Shown here piece by piece: positions 40,079-51,362 of a DNA stretch of 64,000 bases. The notes beneath the pieces are model-generated. The model searched no databases. It saw nothing but the letters and a program-made list of their open reading frames with translations, and was not told where the DNA came from. The first letter of the stretch is position 1. Each line of letters begins with the position of its first letter. The stretch is taken from contig OMYT01000014.1 in NCBI GenBank assembly GCA_900315315.1, positions 2,656 through 66,655 on the forward strand, read 5' to 3'. Made by a program: the position numbers and the translations under genes. The DNA comes from an uncultured Eubacteriales bacterium (GTDB lineage Bacteria > Bacillota > Clostridia > Christensenellales > Aristaeellaceae).

Positions 40079-41050
40079 ATGGCAACACCGGTAATTGGGT
40101 TTTCCGCTTATTCAGGCACCGGCAAAACCACTGCCATGGAAAGCCTGGTCCGCCTGCTGACGGAGCGCGGCGTCCGTGTCGGCGTCGTGAAACATGACTG
40201 CCACGGGTTTGAAATAGATCATCCCGGAAAGGATTCCTTCCGGCATGCCCAAGCCGGGGCGACGGCAGTGGTGATCACCTCGTCCGAAAAAACCGCGGAA
40301 ATCCGGCAGCGGGCTGAAAGTCTTGAAGACTGCCTCCGTCGGATCGGGGACGTGGACCTGATCCTGGTGGAAGGTTTTAAACATGCAGATATCCCCCGCA
40401 TCGGCCTGTGCCGAAAAGCTTCCGGAAAAGGCTTCACCGAACCGCCGGACCGGTTTGCCGCCGTCATTACAGACGATGAAACGGTTCAGACGTCCGTGCC
40501 GCGGTTCAGTTTTGAAGATACCGCCGGACTGGCGGATTTTATCCTGAAGGAGATGCTGAACATGCCCGACAGGGATTTCACCCATTTTAACGATCAGGGA
40601 CGCGCACGCATGGTGAATGTCGGAGACAAGGAACCCACCCGCCGCACGGCGGTCGCCGCCGGCCGCGTGCTGGTCAGCCGGGAAACCTTTGCGCTGATCC
40701 GCTCCGGTGGTATGAAAAAAGGCGACGTCCTGACCGTCGCCCAGATTGCCGGAATCATGGCGGCAAAGCATACGCCGGACTGGATTCCCATGTGTCATCC
40801 GGTTCCCCTCACCGGGATCGATCTCAGGCTGTGGCTGGACGAAGAGCGCCTGTCCGTTGAAATCGAAGCAACCGCCCGCTGCGACGGGAAAACAGGCGTG
40901 GAAATGGAAGCCCTGACAGCGGTCAGCGGAGCAGCCCTGACGGTATATGATATGTGCAAAGCCGTCCAGCGGGACATGGTAATCGACGGGATCTGCCTGC
41001 TGAGCAAAACGGGCGGCGTTCACGGAGACTATTACAGGGAGGAAACCTGA
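40079..41050 (+). CDS. moaC: MobB-MoaC fusion
   Basis: N-terminal SGTGKTT, KHDCH and LVEGFK (MobB); C-terminal PMCHP, TGVEMEALT, YDMCKA (MoaC). Confidence 0.9.
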   Translation: MATPVIGFSAYSGTGKTTAMESLVRLLTERGVRVGVVKHDCHGFEIDHPGKDSFRHAQAGATAVVITSSEKTAEIRQRAESLEDCLRRIGDVDLILVEGFKHADIPRIGLCRKASGKGFTEPPDRFAAVITDDETVQTSVPRFSFEDTAGLADFILKEMLNMPDRDFTHFNDQGRARMVNVGDKEPTRRTAVAAGRVLVSRETFALIRSGGMKKGDVLTVAQIAGIMAAKHTPDWIPMCHPVPLTGIDLRLWLDEERLSVEIEATARCDGKTGVEMEALTAVSGAALTVYDMCKAVQRDMVIDGICLLSKTGGVHGDYYREET

Positions 41051-41968
41051 ATGAGCGATACACTTTATACCGCTGCCGTCATCACGGTCAGCGACAAAGG
41101 ATTCCGCGGCGAGCGGGAGGATACCAGCGGCCCCGCCCTGTGCGAAATGCTGCGGTCTCAGGGGTGGCAGATCATTCATACCGCCGTCGTTCCGGATGAA
41201 AAGGATTTGATCTGCCGGGAACTGACCGACTGCACGGATCACCGGCAGGCCACGCTGGTGCTGACCACCGGCGGCACCGGTTTCTCCCCGCGGGATATCA
41301 CGCCCGAAGCCACCCTCTCCGTGGTGGAACGGGTATGCCCCGGCATTCCGGAAGCCATGCGAGCGGAAAGTATGAAAATTACGCCCCACGGCTGCCTGTC
41401 CCGGGAAACAGCCGGCATCCGGGGACGCACACTGATCATCAACCTTCCGGGCAGCAAAAAAGCCAGCTGTGAAAACCTGTCGGCCGTCCTGAAGCCGATC
41501 CGCCACGGCGTGGAAATGCTGCAGTCCGCCGGTTCCGCCGACTGCGCCGCGCCGGAAGGCGTGATGCCGCCGGCAAATGAAAGGCCTTCCGTCGATACCT
41601 GGCTCAGGGAAGCAAAAGCGCATCCGGACTCGGATAAAGTCGGCATGTATCTGACCCATAACGGCATCGTGCGGAGCACGGCCCGCAAAGCCGTACGCGG
41701 AAACGACCATTCTGCCGGCCAGGTCACCGGCATGGACTTTTCCTGTGACCGGGAAAAGGTTCAGGCGGCCGTTGCCGAAGCGCAGGCCATGGAAGGTGTG
41801 TATTATGTCCGTGTCTGGGTCAACGAGGGCCTGCTCCGGGTGGGGGATGATATTATGCTCGTCCTCATCGGGGCGGACATCCGGCCGCATGCCGTCGACG
41901 CGCTGCAGGCGCTGGTCGGCAAGCTGAAAAACGAATGCGTGACGGAGCGCGAAATCTTCTCGGAATAA
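41051..41968 (+). CDS. MogA/MoaB-MoaE fusion
   Basis: TVSD, TTGGTGFSPRDITPEA, NLPGS; C-terminal HNGIVR..GADIR MoaE-like domain. Confidence 0.88.
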   Translation: MSDTLYTAAVITVSDKGFRGEREDTSGPALCEMLRSQGWQIIHTAVVPDEKDLICRELTDCTDHRQATLVLTTGGTGFSPRDITPEATLSVVERVCPGIPEAMRAESMKITPHGCLSRETAGIRGRTLIINLPGSKKASCENLSAVLKPIRHGVEMLQSAGSADCAAPEGVMPPANERPSVDTWLREAKAHPDSDKVGMYLTHNGIVRSTARKAVRGNDHSAGQVTGMDFSCDREKVQAAVAEAQAMEGVYYVRVWVNEGLLRVGDDIMLVLIGADIRPHAVDALQALVGKLKNECVTEREIFSE

Positions 41969-42081
41969 AAAAATCCGGAATATTCCCGGTTATTCATTGC
42001 GGATCCGCTGGGTTTTGTGTAAAATAGGATCAGTAAGCTGTTCGTTCAGCATATAGCATATTAAGGAGGAACTATCAAATC

Positions 42082-42561
42082 ATGAGTTACAAAGCGATCG
42101 TGATCATCCTGTCGGAAGTGAAGGCAAAGGGAGTAGAAGAGAAAAAGGAAGCTCCGGACGCGCTGATCCGGGCGATGCTCCCCGCGGAAGAATATGAAAT
42201 TGAAACGCTGAACATGGCCGGCTGCCCGGCGGAAGAGCTGAAAAAGACGCTCATCGACCTCTGTGACAACAAAAAGGCGAACCTGATCCTGACGACAGGC
42301 GGTTCCGGCCTGACCAAGCGGGACAGCGCGCCGGAAGCCACCCAGGCGGTGCTCGAGCATCAGCTTCCCGGCATTGTCGAAGCCATCCGCGCCGAGTCCA
42401 TGAAGCAGACGCCCAGAGGAATGCTGTACCGCGGCGTCAGCGGAACCCGGGGTGAAACGCTGATCGTGAACCTGCCCGGTAAATCATGGGCCGTCAAGGA
42501 ATCCTTCGAAGTCATCTTCCCCGTGGTAACCCGCATCGTCGAATTCCTCGCCCAGGGCTGA
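42082..42561 (+). CDS. Second, divergent MogA/MoaB paralogue
   Basis: TTGGSG..RD.APEAT, NLPG; AAGGAGG RBS. Confidence 0.85.
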   Translation: MSYKAIVIILSEVKAKGVEEKKEAPDALIRAMLPAEEYEIETLNMAGCPAEELKKTLIDLCDNKKANLILTTGGSGLTKRDSAPEATQAVLEHQLPGIVEAIRAESMKQTPRGMLYRGVSGTRGETLIVNLPGKSWAVKESFEVIFPVVTRIVEFLAQG

Positions 42562-42591
42562 TCAGATCAGACCGTCAGAAAGACCTGATGC

Positions 42592-42622
42592 ACCGGCGGA
42601 AAGCACTCAGCTTTCCGCCGGT
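42592..42622. terminator. Hairpin/terminator between convergent genes
   Basis: 13-bp perfect stem accggcggaaagc/gctttccgccggt overlapping the ABC gene stop. Confidence 0.75.
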
Positions 42623-44712
42623 TCTGTTTTCTCCATGGCAGCCAGCGTGCGGTATTCCTCGCAGCTGCGCATCAGTTCCTCATGTGTCCCCTCCGCCAGG
42701 ATCCTGCCGTCCTGCATATAGAGGATCCGGTCGGCATTCATGATCGTGGAAAGCCGGTGTGCAATAATCACCACGGTCCGGTCCCGGCGCATATTGTCGA
42801 TGGCCTGCTGGATCCGGGCCTGCGTCGTGTTGTCCAGGGCAGATGTCGCTTCATCAAAAAGAATAATTTTACTGTCCCGCAGCATGCTGCGCGCGATAGC
42901 CAGCCTCTGCCGCTGACCGCCGGACAGGTTGACCCCGCCCTCGCCAATGAGCGTGTCATATCCCTCCGGCATGTTCAGGATATCCTCGTCGATGCAGGCC
43001 AGTCGGCAGACTTCCTTCATTTCCTCGTCCGTCAAGTCCGGTTTGACCAGTTTCAGATTGTCCCATACGGACATCCGGAAGATATAGGGATTCTGAGTCA
43101 CCACCGTCATGTTGGCGCGGACAGACTCCCGGGTCAGGTCCTGCAGATCAACCCCGTCAAAAAGAATGCGGCCGCCTGTCGGGTTATACAGCCGGGAAAG
43201 AAGGTTGAACGTTGTGCTTTTTCCGCAGCCGCTTCTTCCCACCAGACCGACCATCTCTCCGGGACGAACCGTAAAACACATATCATCCAGCACATTCCGG
43301 GTTTTCCTGCCCTTCGGATGATAGGAGAAAAACACATGGTCAAAGGTAATCTCTCCCCGCGGAGACGCCAGTTCCTGCGTTCCGAAATGTTCCTTGGGAA
43401 ACTCGGGACTATTCAGCAGGGCATGTACGCGCTCGTTGGAAATATTGAAATCCGCGATGGAATCCATGAAATTGCCGATCACCTTGATAGCGTTGGGGCC
43501 CAGGTCCGCATAGTAGTTATAGATCACCAGCGCCGTTGAGGGGAGCAGTTTGCCGGTGGCAATCAGCCAGGACAGCAGGGCAATCAGGACAAATGTGCCG
43601 GCTTCTCCGAACTCCCACCGGAAAAGCTTGGCCCGCCAGGATCGCGCCTGCATGGTCAGGCGTTTTTTATTGGCGTCATTGATGTGTTCGTCCAGTTCTT
43701 CAATAAACCGCTCTTCGCTGTTCAGCAGCTTCACGTCCTTCGCGCCACGCACCATCTCCCCCACCAGGCCCGAGAAGCGTTCATTGGCAGACCGGTAAAC
43801 CCGGTCATCCTTATACAGGCGCTTAGTACGCCACGCTTCCATCGCATACTGTGAACCCACGATGATGATGACGAACAGGGCCATCAGCGGATGGATCACA
43901 AAAAGGGCACACAGCACACCCACATAGTTCAGCACCTGCGTAATCATATCGGCGATATTCGTGAAGCCGGAAGCAATCCGCTGTGTATCCGTCGTAATTC
44001 GCTGTATAAACAGCCCGCTGCCCTTCTCGTCCATGCACTGGCTTTCCACCTGCATTGCGTTGACCACCAGGTCCTTCTCCAGCAGGGTCAGCGTTTCGCA
44101 ATAGGCTTTGTTGTACCCCTGGTTTCCGAGTACAAGAAACAGATTGCGCAGCAACTGAACGACCAGCAGGGCCAGTGCGATCAGGAGCACGTGTTCCCCC
44201 TCGTCTTTGGTATAGGCGACAATGATCTTCGAACTGACAATCGGGGCCAGCACGCTCAGCCCGGCGCTGATCAACTGGCTGCATACGGAAAGCGCCAGTG
44301 TTTTACGGCTGTTGACCGTATACTTCCAGGAAAATTGGATGTTTTTCCATGTTGTGTTGTACAGCGTGAAAAGAAACCTGATCTGGTTCCGTTTTTGCTG
44401 ATAGTTCCATTCAGGTGTATTCCTGAAGTTCTCCAGAAGCCGGTCCAGCATCTCATTTTCCCCGTCAAAGGGATTGAAGGATTCGCCGGCAACGGTCAGC
44501 AGGATTTTCAGGTTCCCGCGCCATTTCCGAAACCGGACCGAGAAGGGAGCTTCTTCCCCGAAACGTTCCTTGTATTTCAGCAGCAGTTCTTCAAGCGTAA
44601 GGCGAAAAGTCAGGACGAGTTTTTCCTCAATCCCTGCCCTCTCAGCTTCCGTTCCGGCCTTCCCGATGATCCGGGTAATATCGCTGTTTGTCAGTTTTCC
44701 GCTGTATTTCAT
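42607..44712 (-). CDS. ABC exporter (TMD+NBD) with extra N-terminal HATPase/anti-sigma-like domain
   Basis: GRSGCGKS, LSGGQ, DEATSALD; N-terminal RLTLEELL...GESFNPF. Confidence 0.88.
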   Translation of the reverse strand: MKYSGKLTNSDITRIIGKAGTEAERAGIEEKLVLTFRLTLEELLLKYKERFGEEAPFSVRFRKWRGNLKILLTVAGESFNPFDGENEMLDRLLENFRNTPEWNYQQKRNQIRFLFTLYNTTWKNIQFSWKYTVNSRKTLALSVCSQLISAGLSVLAPIVSSKIIVAYTKDEGEHVLLIALALLVVQLLRNLFLVLGNQGYNKAYCETLTLLEKDLVVNAMQVESQCMDEKGSGLFIQRITTDTQRIASGFTNIADMITQVLNYVGVLCALFVIHPLMALFVIIIVGSQYAMEAWRTKRLYKDDRVYRSANERFSGLVGEMVRGAKDVKLLNSEERFIEELDEHINDANKKRLTMQARSWRAKLFRWEFGEAGTFVLIALLSWLIATGKLLPSTALVIYNYYADLGPNAIKVIGNFMDSIADFNISNERVHALLNSPEFPKEHFGTQELASPRGEITFDHVFFSYHPKGRKTRNVLDDMCFTVRPGEMVGLVGRSGCGKSTTFNLLSRLYNPTGGRILFDGVDLQDLTRESVRANMTVVTQNPYIFRMSVWDNLKLVKPDLTDEEMKEVCRLACIDEDILNMPEGYDTLIGEGGVNLSGGQRQRLAIARSMLRDSKIILFDEATSALDNTTQARIQQAIDNMRRDRTVVIIAHRLSTIMNADRILYMQDGRILAEGTHEELMRSCEEYRTLAAMEKTEPAES

Positions 44713-44777
44713 GCGCCGTCCTTCGGCTCCTTCCCCGTTCTGCAAACCGTATCCGCTTTAGTTAATTCTGATGTGCA

Positions 44778-45389
44778 TCACCGCACTCTCAGATTCTTAA
44801 TTCTGAATTCTTCCTTCTCTCTCAGCTCAGCGTACTCTTCCGGCGTGTTGATATTGCTTAGCACTTCCATGCCGAATCCGCCGGCGCTGATATCCACATA
44901 CTTCGTCCTGACCCGCGACAACAGTTCCATCAGGCGGTGCCTGTCCTCTGCAATCATCTGCTGCGCGGCGGGCAGCACTCTCCGGCTGTAAATCCCGCAC
45001 ATGGGATGAACCCGCTCCTCATCCCGAAACACCCAGGCATCCTCATCGACGCAGACAAATTCCGCCAGGTACTCAATCATCTCCCTGCGCACAAACGGCA
45101 TGTCGTACGCGCAGATAAACACATTCTCCGTTTCCGCGTGACGCAGAGCCTGGCGGATACCCTCGACGGGGCCGAAATCCGGAATTTCATCAGGAACCGT
45201 CTTCAGGCCGTAATCGGGATACTCCGTTTTGATCACCGATGTGATGAATACCTCCCGGCATCCGGATAATTCCCGGATCAGATGTTCGATAAAAGTCTGC
45301 CGATTGAACACAAGCAGTGCTTTGTCCCGCCCCATGCGCGTGGAACGCCCGACCAGGATCGCCGCGGAAAGGTCCGTCTTTATATTCAT
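44778..45389 (-). CDS. mobA: Molybdenum cofactor guanylyltransferase
   Basis: STRMGRDKALL, GPVEGI, DMPF and NINTPEE motifs; AAGGAG RBS. Confidence 0.85.
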   Translation of the reverse strand: MNIKTDLSAAILVGRSTRMGRDKALLVFNRQTFIEHLIRELSGCREVFITSVIKTEYPDYGLKTVPDEIPDFGPVEGIRQALRHAETENVFICAYDMPFVRREMIEYLAEFVCVDEDAWVFRDEERVHPMCGIYSRRVLPAAQQMIAEDRHRLMELLSRVRTKYVDISAGGFGMEVLSNINTPEEYAELREKEEFRIKNLRVR

Positions 45390-45450
45390 ACCGGTGTTCT
45401 CCTTCCGGATCATCAGCGGGTCTGGCACACCTGATGCAATCCTTACCCGA

Positions 45451-48399
45451 TCACATAATCGGAATATTGTTTTCATCAAACAGCATCGCCAGGGCATGGT
45501 TCAGCTCATGCTTTACATAGCGGTAATCATGCTCGCTGCATTCAGCAATGATCTGGATTTTCACAACACTCTTGCCGGCGGAAAAAGCAAAAGATTCAAT
45601 GCCCTTGTAATGCGGTCCGCTGACAATCTCAGGAATCTTCTTCCCGATTTCCGGCAGTCCTTTCAGCAGCATTGCCTCCATCTCTTTAATCTGCTCAAAC
45701 GGAACGCTGAATTCAGCCGCATACCAGGAGTTCTTCCGCGTCTTGTTGACCACGTTGTTGATATCCCGGTTCCCGATGATTTTGATGTTGCCGCCCAGGC
45801 CTTCCAGTTTCGTCGTCCGAACGCCGATCTCCAGCACCCTGCCCCAGTATCCGTTGATTTCGATGATATCGCCAACCTGGAAATTGCCCTCGAAGATAAT
45901 CGAGATGCCGGCCAGAATATCCGTCACCAGGTCCTTTGCGCCGAGGGAAATAGCAAAAGTCAGCAATCCGAGAGATGCAAGGAGCGTCGTCATGTCAATA
46001 CCCATATACTGCAGCGCGAAGAACAGGAATACAATGGCCGCGATGTAGTTCGCCAGATTCAGCAGCAGCCTGCAGATCGTCTCCCCCCGGGTGCCGCTCA
46101 GGGTGCTGATGATCCGGATGATCAATTTCACCAGAATCAGCACCGCGATCACATGCAGCAGCAGGATCACGATACTGGTAACGGCAAAGAGATTGATGCC
46201 TCTCGCCCATTGTCCGGTAAGAATGTAGGTGAAAAGCGGCATCCTGGTTCTGCGAACAGGCGCAAACAGCAGCACCCCGGTCAAGAGCGCCCCGAAAGCG
46301 AGAATGATCTGCACTGCGATCAGGGCGTTGCGGATCGGCGTCCGGTCCCCGTAATCCGAGAACGCCGGCAGCCATCTCTTCGACGGATCCACGGACCATT
46401 TCCGCTTTCCGTTCGCCAGGTCAATCTCGTTTGTCATATCCTTAAGGTTGTCGCCGAGGACCGAATAAACCGTAAAATCCTTCTTGTATCCGTTCACCGC
46501 GTAAAGGGCCAGCACGGCCATGAACAGCATGGCAAACCCGGTGCAGATCAGGGCGTACACCGTCACATTGCTGTACATGCCGCTCTTTTCCGCCGCGCAG
46601 AAGTAGAGCTGCCCGTCATCCCCCGTCTGCGCTTCGCAGTAATACTGCACGCCGTTGATCGTCAGAAAGTCCATCAGGTCGTCGTGATGATAGGACGGCG
46701 GAATTCCTTCATGGACCGCGCTTTCCCCGATCATCTCCTTCCAGCTGGACGCCGTGATTTTCTGGCTCTGCGGATCCATGGAGAAGATCAGCATGGAATC
46801 CGTCGCAATCTCCGTCATGATATCGCTGGCGGTCTGCGGGTCGCTCTCGGCAATCAGTTTCGCCGGAACCGCCATCAGGATCGCCTGATAAGGCCCCTCC
46901 GCTTCGTCCTCCACGGTAATCCTGGCCCCGACCATCATACGGTCGATTCCACTCAGCGAATCGGTCTCCACGTCGTGGGAAATTACCGGGACCCCGGCGA
47001 GCAGCCGTCTGAAGTCATAGGAGGAATCGTATTGGTTCCTGCTCAGGGAAAGCCCTCTGTATTCGGAGTTCGTCACGATCTCCCTGCCGTCTTTGTCAAA
47101 GAGCATCAGATATTCCGTCCCGAGAATATCGCAATATACCTGAAACTGTTCGGACGTTTTCAGTTCCGGATGCTCGCTCAGCAGCTCCGCAATCGATTCG
47201 GTACACTTTTCATAGGTTTTGCGTCTTGACTCCTCGGCGGTGACTTTCTGGATTTCATATTCCCCGATCTTTCGCTGCAGCACGTCAATCGTGTCGCCCA
47301 CCTGCTCATATTTGTCGTAGAGCCTGAACAGGCACTGGCTCAGGATCGCGGCTGCAAGCACCACGATCCCTCCGATGATCACAAAAGATCTTGAAACCCG
47401 CTTTACCCGCTTCGGGCTGAATTCGGCCTTCTGCCCGTCACTCAGCGTATGATTCCGGACAATCCACAGCACGGAGAGGAACCAAACCAGGAACACCGTG
47501 CAGATGAACAGGAATACAACCATCAGGAATCCTGTCTGCTCCGTCACCGCCCAATCAGTCTGCGCAAGCGGGAACAGGTATGCAATCGCCACGTGTAGCG
47601 CGTCGTTCTGCTGAATATACAGGCGATAGGAAACTTTCCCGAGCTCCAGCACGTTCGGAGCCTCCGGGTCGTATCCTGCTCCGCTGTTTTTCAACAGGTC
47701 CGCGATCTTTTTTTCCAGTTCGGCAACGTAAGGCTTCAGTTCACTGGAAGAATATTTGCAGTTCAGGCCCAGCTTTTCGATTTCCGAAATATCGAACAGG
47801 ATAAAGTCGGCATTGTAGATTTCTTCAATCCCGGCCAGGCTGTCATAGATGTCGAACCGGCTCAGTTTCCGCAGTCTGTTTGCTTCTTCGTCTTCCCACT
47901 CGATATAGTAATACGGTCCTCTGATCTGGCTGTAATAAACCGAAAAGTGTCCTGAAGCGCCGCCGTCCGTCTCTTTTGATTCCCCATGTCCGGAGACGGC
48001 AATGCCGGACGGTTCGGTAAACATACCGGCGTCAAGCATCACATCCCCGGGGAAGCCGTCCGGCACGTCCACCTTTCCGCCCTCAACCCTAATCACCGCT
48101 CCGCTCTGCAGCATCAGCGGTTTCTCATCGTAGCCGCCGCCCGGGTGATTCCGGTAGGTTGCCGCCGTCAACTCGGTCTTCGCCTGATATGTCCTGTCCA
48201 CGGATTCACTGGCCTGCCGGTAGAGATTCAGTGCTTTGTCGGCGGTCCTTTGGATCGCCCGGATGTCCGCCCGGTTTTCTTCGCTGTTTCTGGATTGATT
48301 GATTGCCTGATATGTTTGGAAAAGGAGGAACCCGAAAACCCCGGTGAGAATCAGGAGGATAACAATACTTCCGATGATCTTTCTCTTTAGATGTTTCAT
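45451..48399 (-). CDS. MscS-family channel with large N-terminal extracytoplasmic domains
   Basis: C-terminal SLGAKDLVTDILAG, FQVGD, GRVLEIGVRTT; two TM-bounded soluble domains upstream. Confidence 0.85.
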   Translation of the reverse strand: MKHLKRKIIGSIVILLILTGVFGFLLFQTYQAINQSRNSEENRADIRAIQRTADKALNLYRQASESVDRTYQAKTELTAATYRNHPGGGYDEKPLMLQSGAVIRVEGGKVDVPDGFPGDVMLDAGMFTEPSGIAVSGHGESKETDGGASGHFSVYYSQIRGPYYYIEWEDEEANRLRKLSRFDIYDSLAGIEEIYNADFILFDISEIEKLGLNCKYSSSELKPYVAELEKKIADLLKNSGAGYDPEAPNVLELGKVSYRLYIQQNDALHVAIAYLFPLAQTDWAVTEQTGFLMVVFLFICTVFLVWFLSVLWIVRNHTLSDGQKAEFSPKRVKRVSRSFVIIGGIVVLAAAILSQCLFRLYDKYEQVGDTIDVLQRKIGEYEIQKVTAEESRRKTYEKCTESIAELLSEHPELKTSEQFQVYCDILGTEYLMLFDKDGREIVTNSEYRGLSLSRNQYDSSYDFRRLLAGVPVISHDVETDSLSGIDRMMVGARITVEDEAEGPYQAILMAVPAKLIAESDPQTASDIMTEIATDSMLIFSMDPQSQKITASSWKEMIGESAVHEGIPPSYHHDDLMDFLTINGVQYYCEAQTGDDGQLYFCAAEKSGMYSNVTVYALICTGFAMLFMAVLALYAVNGYKKDFTVYSVLGDNLKDMTNEIDLANGKRKWSVDPSKRWLPAFSDYGDRTPIRNALIAVQIILAFGALLTGVLLFAPVRRTRMPLFTYILTGQWARGINLFAVTSIVILLLHVIAVLILVKLIIRIISTLSGTRGETICRLLLNLANYIAAIVFLFFALQYMGIDMTTLLASLGLLTFAISLGAKDLVTDILAGISIIFEGNFQVGDIIEINGYWGRVLEIGVRTTKLEGLGGNIKIIGNRDINNVVNKTRKNSWYAAEFSVPFEQIKEMEAMLLKGLPEIGKKIPEIVSGPHYKGIESFAFSAGKSVVKIQIIAECSEHDYRYVKHELNHALAMLFDENNIPIM

Positions 48400-49307
48400 G
48401 CCGGATCTTCCTCCGTCCTTATGATTTTGATCTCAACCTTTTCCTGTTGGATGCGGAGGCCGCTCCGGTCCGATGCCGTCTTCCTGCAGTATTCAAGTGT
48501 CTTCAGAATCTTTTCCGCAATTTCCTCAACCAGGGGAATAAACCGAGGTTCCTTCGGCAGCACATGCAGGATGATCCGGTCCTCCCGCACCTCCACAGTC
48601 CGAATCGATTCATGTACCCCGAAATTGTCAATATCTTTCTGCTCTGTCAGCCCGGACAAATCAAACAGCAGTTCCGGATTTCTGTCCGAACCCATGTCGA
48701 TTTCATCCGCCAGGCGCAGTACGGCAGCAAGATATGCCGTCCGGATGACACCGTCGGGCACCTGAAGATCCGGATAAGCCGCCGGTTCTAATAGATCCGT
48801 TTTCCTGTGACCCCGCGAAACCTGCACAATGGCGAAAACCAGATCCTCATCGGGGATCTCAAGCACATCCGCGTATTTCCGGATCAGGAAACCGCTGAAA
48901 TCCTGATGATAATCCCGGATAAACTGTGCTTCATCCCTTTCCGGATGTTCCGCATGCCATCCGGGCCAATCCAGCTGATCGCGGAAAAACAGATAATCCT
49001 TCTCGCTGATACCCATCCCGATATCATGAAGATAGCAGCTCATGATCAGCACGTAGCATTCCTGCGGACTCAATTTCTCCGCCTGATCCCCCAGAATCCG
49101 GTTGCAGAATTCCAGCACATCCATGCTGTGCAGCACAGAGTGATCCGTAAAGAAGGGAAACCAGGTCTCATAGGATTTCAGCGTCTGCTTCAGCACCGTC
49201 ACGCAGTCCGCCACCCGCCGGTGCAGGTCCGGTGCTTCCGTCCTCAGCCGTTTTTCAAGCAGGAAGTCGTTCCCCCGTCCCCCGCCGTTTTGCTTATTGC
49301 TTTCCAC
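48396..49307 (-). CDS. HD-domain protein
   Basis: FTDHSVLHS, LHDIGM, RDYH, RGH and LRLADEID motifs. Confidence 0.85.
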   Translation of the reverse strand: MESNKQNGGGRGNDFLLEKRLRTEAPDLHRRVADCVTVLKQTLKSYETWFPFFTDHSVLHSMDVLEFCNRILGDQAEKLSPQECYVLIMSCYLHDIGMGISEKDYLFFRDQLDWPGWHAEHPERDEAQFIRDYHQDFSGFLIRKYADVLEIPDEDLVFAIVQVSRGHRKTDLLEPAAYPDLQVPDGVIRTAYLAAVLRLADEIDMGSDRNPELLFDLSGLTEQKDIDNFGVHESIRTVEVREDRIILHVLPKEPRFIPLVEEIAEKILKTLEYCRKTASDRSGLRIQQEKVEIKIIRTEEDPA

Positions 49308-49343
49308 TCTCCACTCTCCACTCTTTACTCTTCACTCTTCACT
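49302..49343. repeat. Six tandem heptamers (YTYYACT)
   Basis: ttccact ctccact ctccact ctttact cttcact cttcact. Confidence 0.85.
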
Positions 49344-49351
49344 CCAAAAAA

Positions 49352-49663
49352 TCACTTATCACTGACAACGGTGAACGCATTCAGCAGCCCGGTCATGTCC
49401 AGGATCTCCAGAAAATACGGGCCTGCATGAATGATCTTCATGCATCCTCCCCGCTTTTCCATCGCCTGGTCTGTAGCGACCAGAACCCGGAGTCCGGCGG
49501 AAGAAATATACTCCACTTTTGCCAGATCGAGAATGACTTCGTTCATCCCCTCGATCTGTGGAACCATCTGTTCGTCCAGTTCCGGGGCTGTCACCGAGTC
49601 AAGGCTACCTTCCGGCCTGACAGTCAGTGTCGTTCCGTCCTTTTCAAAATCAATAGTCATCAT
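49352..49663 (-). CDS. STAS domain anti-sigma-factor antagonist
   Basis: GSLDSVTAPEL and EYISSAGLR motifs. Confidence 0.92.
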   Translation of the reverse strand: MMTIDFEKDGTTLTVRPEGSLDSVTAPELDEQMVPQIEGMNEVILDLAKVEYISSAGLRVLVATDQAMEKRGGCMKIIHAGPYFLEILDMTGLLNAFTVVSDK

Positions 49664-49759
49664 CCTGTTTCCCTTTCGGCTTCCGAATCATCGGTATGGA
49701 TCGCTTTTCCATCGCAGCAGTGGATCCGTCTTTAGCAGTCATTTTCTCTCATTGATCAG

Positions 49760-49788
49760 ATTATACCCCAAAGTTGCTGGTTTTACAA
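49760..49788 (-). promoter_or_regulatory. Promoter of the STAS operon
   Basis: TTGTAA-17-TATAAT. Confidence 0.6.
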
Positions 49789-49790
49789 TG

Positions 49791-49828
49791 AAAACACGCC
49801 TTTCCGTGCCGGGCACGGAAAAACGGCG
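49791..49828 (-). terminator. gdhA terminator
   Basis: tttccgtgc/gcacggaaa stem extended by cgcc/ggcg; T tail. Confidence 0.7.
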
Positions 49829-49869
49829 CAGCCTTCACTGCGCCGTCCGTATATCGGGTGATCAATGGA

Positions 49870-51225
<1,356 letters not shown>

Positions 51226-51232
51226 TCAATAT

Positions 51233-51281
51233 TAAAGAATAAGACGCCTTTAACACATGCTTGTTAAAGACGCCCTTGTCT
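51233..51281 (-). promoter_or_regulatory. Leader terminator overlapped by a small hexaloop hairpin (ANTAR-like)
   Basis: agac-AAGGGC-gtct overlaps the 5' arm of a 14-bp stem followed by TATTCTTT. Confidence 0.5.
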
Positions 51282-51362
51282 TAACGGAAAAGAGTTTATT
51301 CCTGCAGGCCTGCTTTTGTCAATGCATCCTGTATACAATTTCCGTATTCTTTCTGTTTTTTG

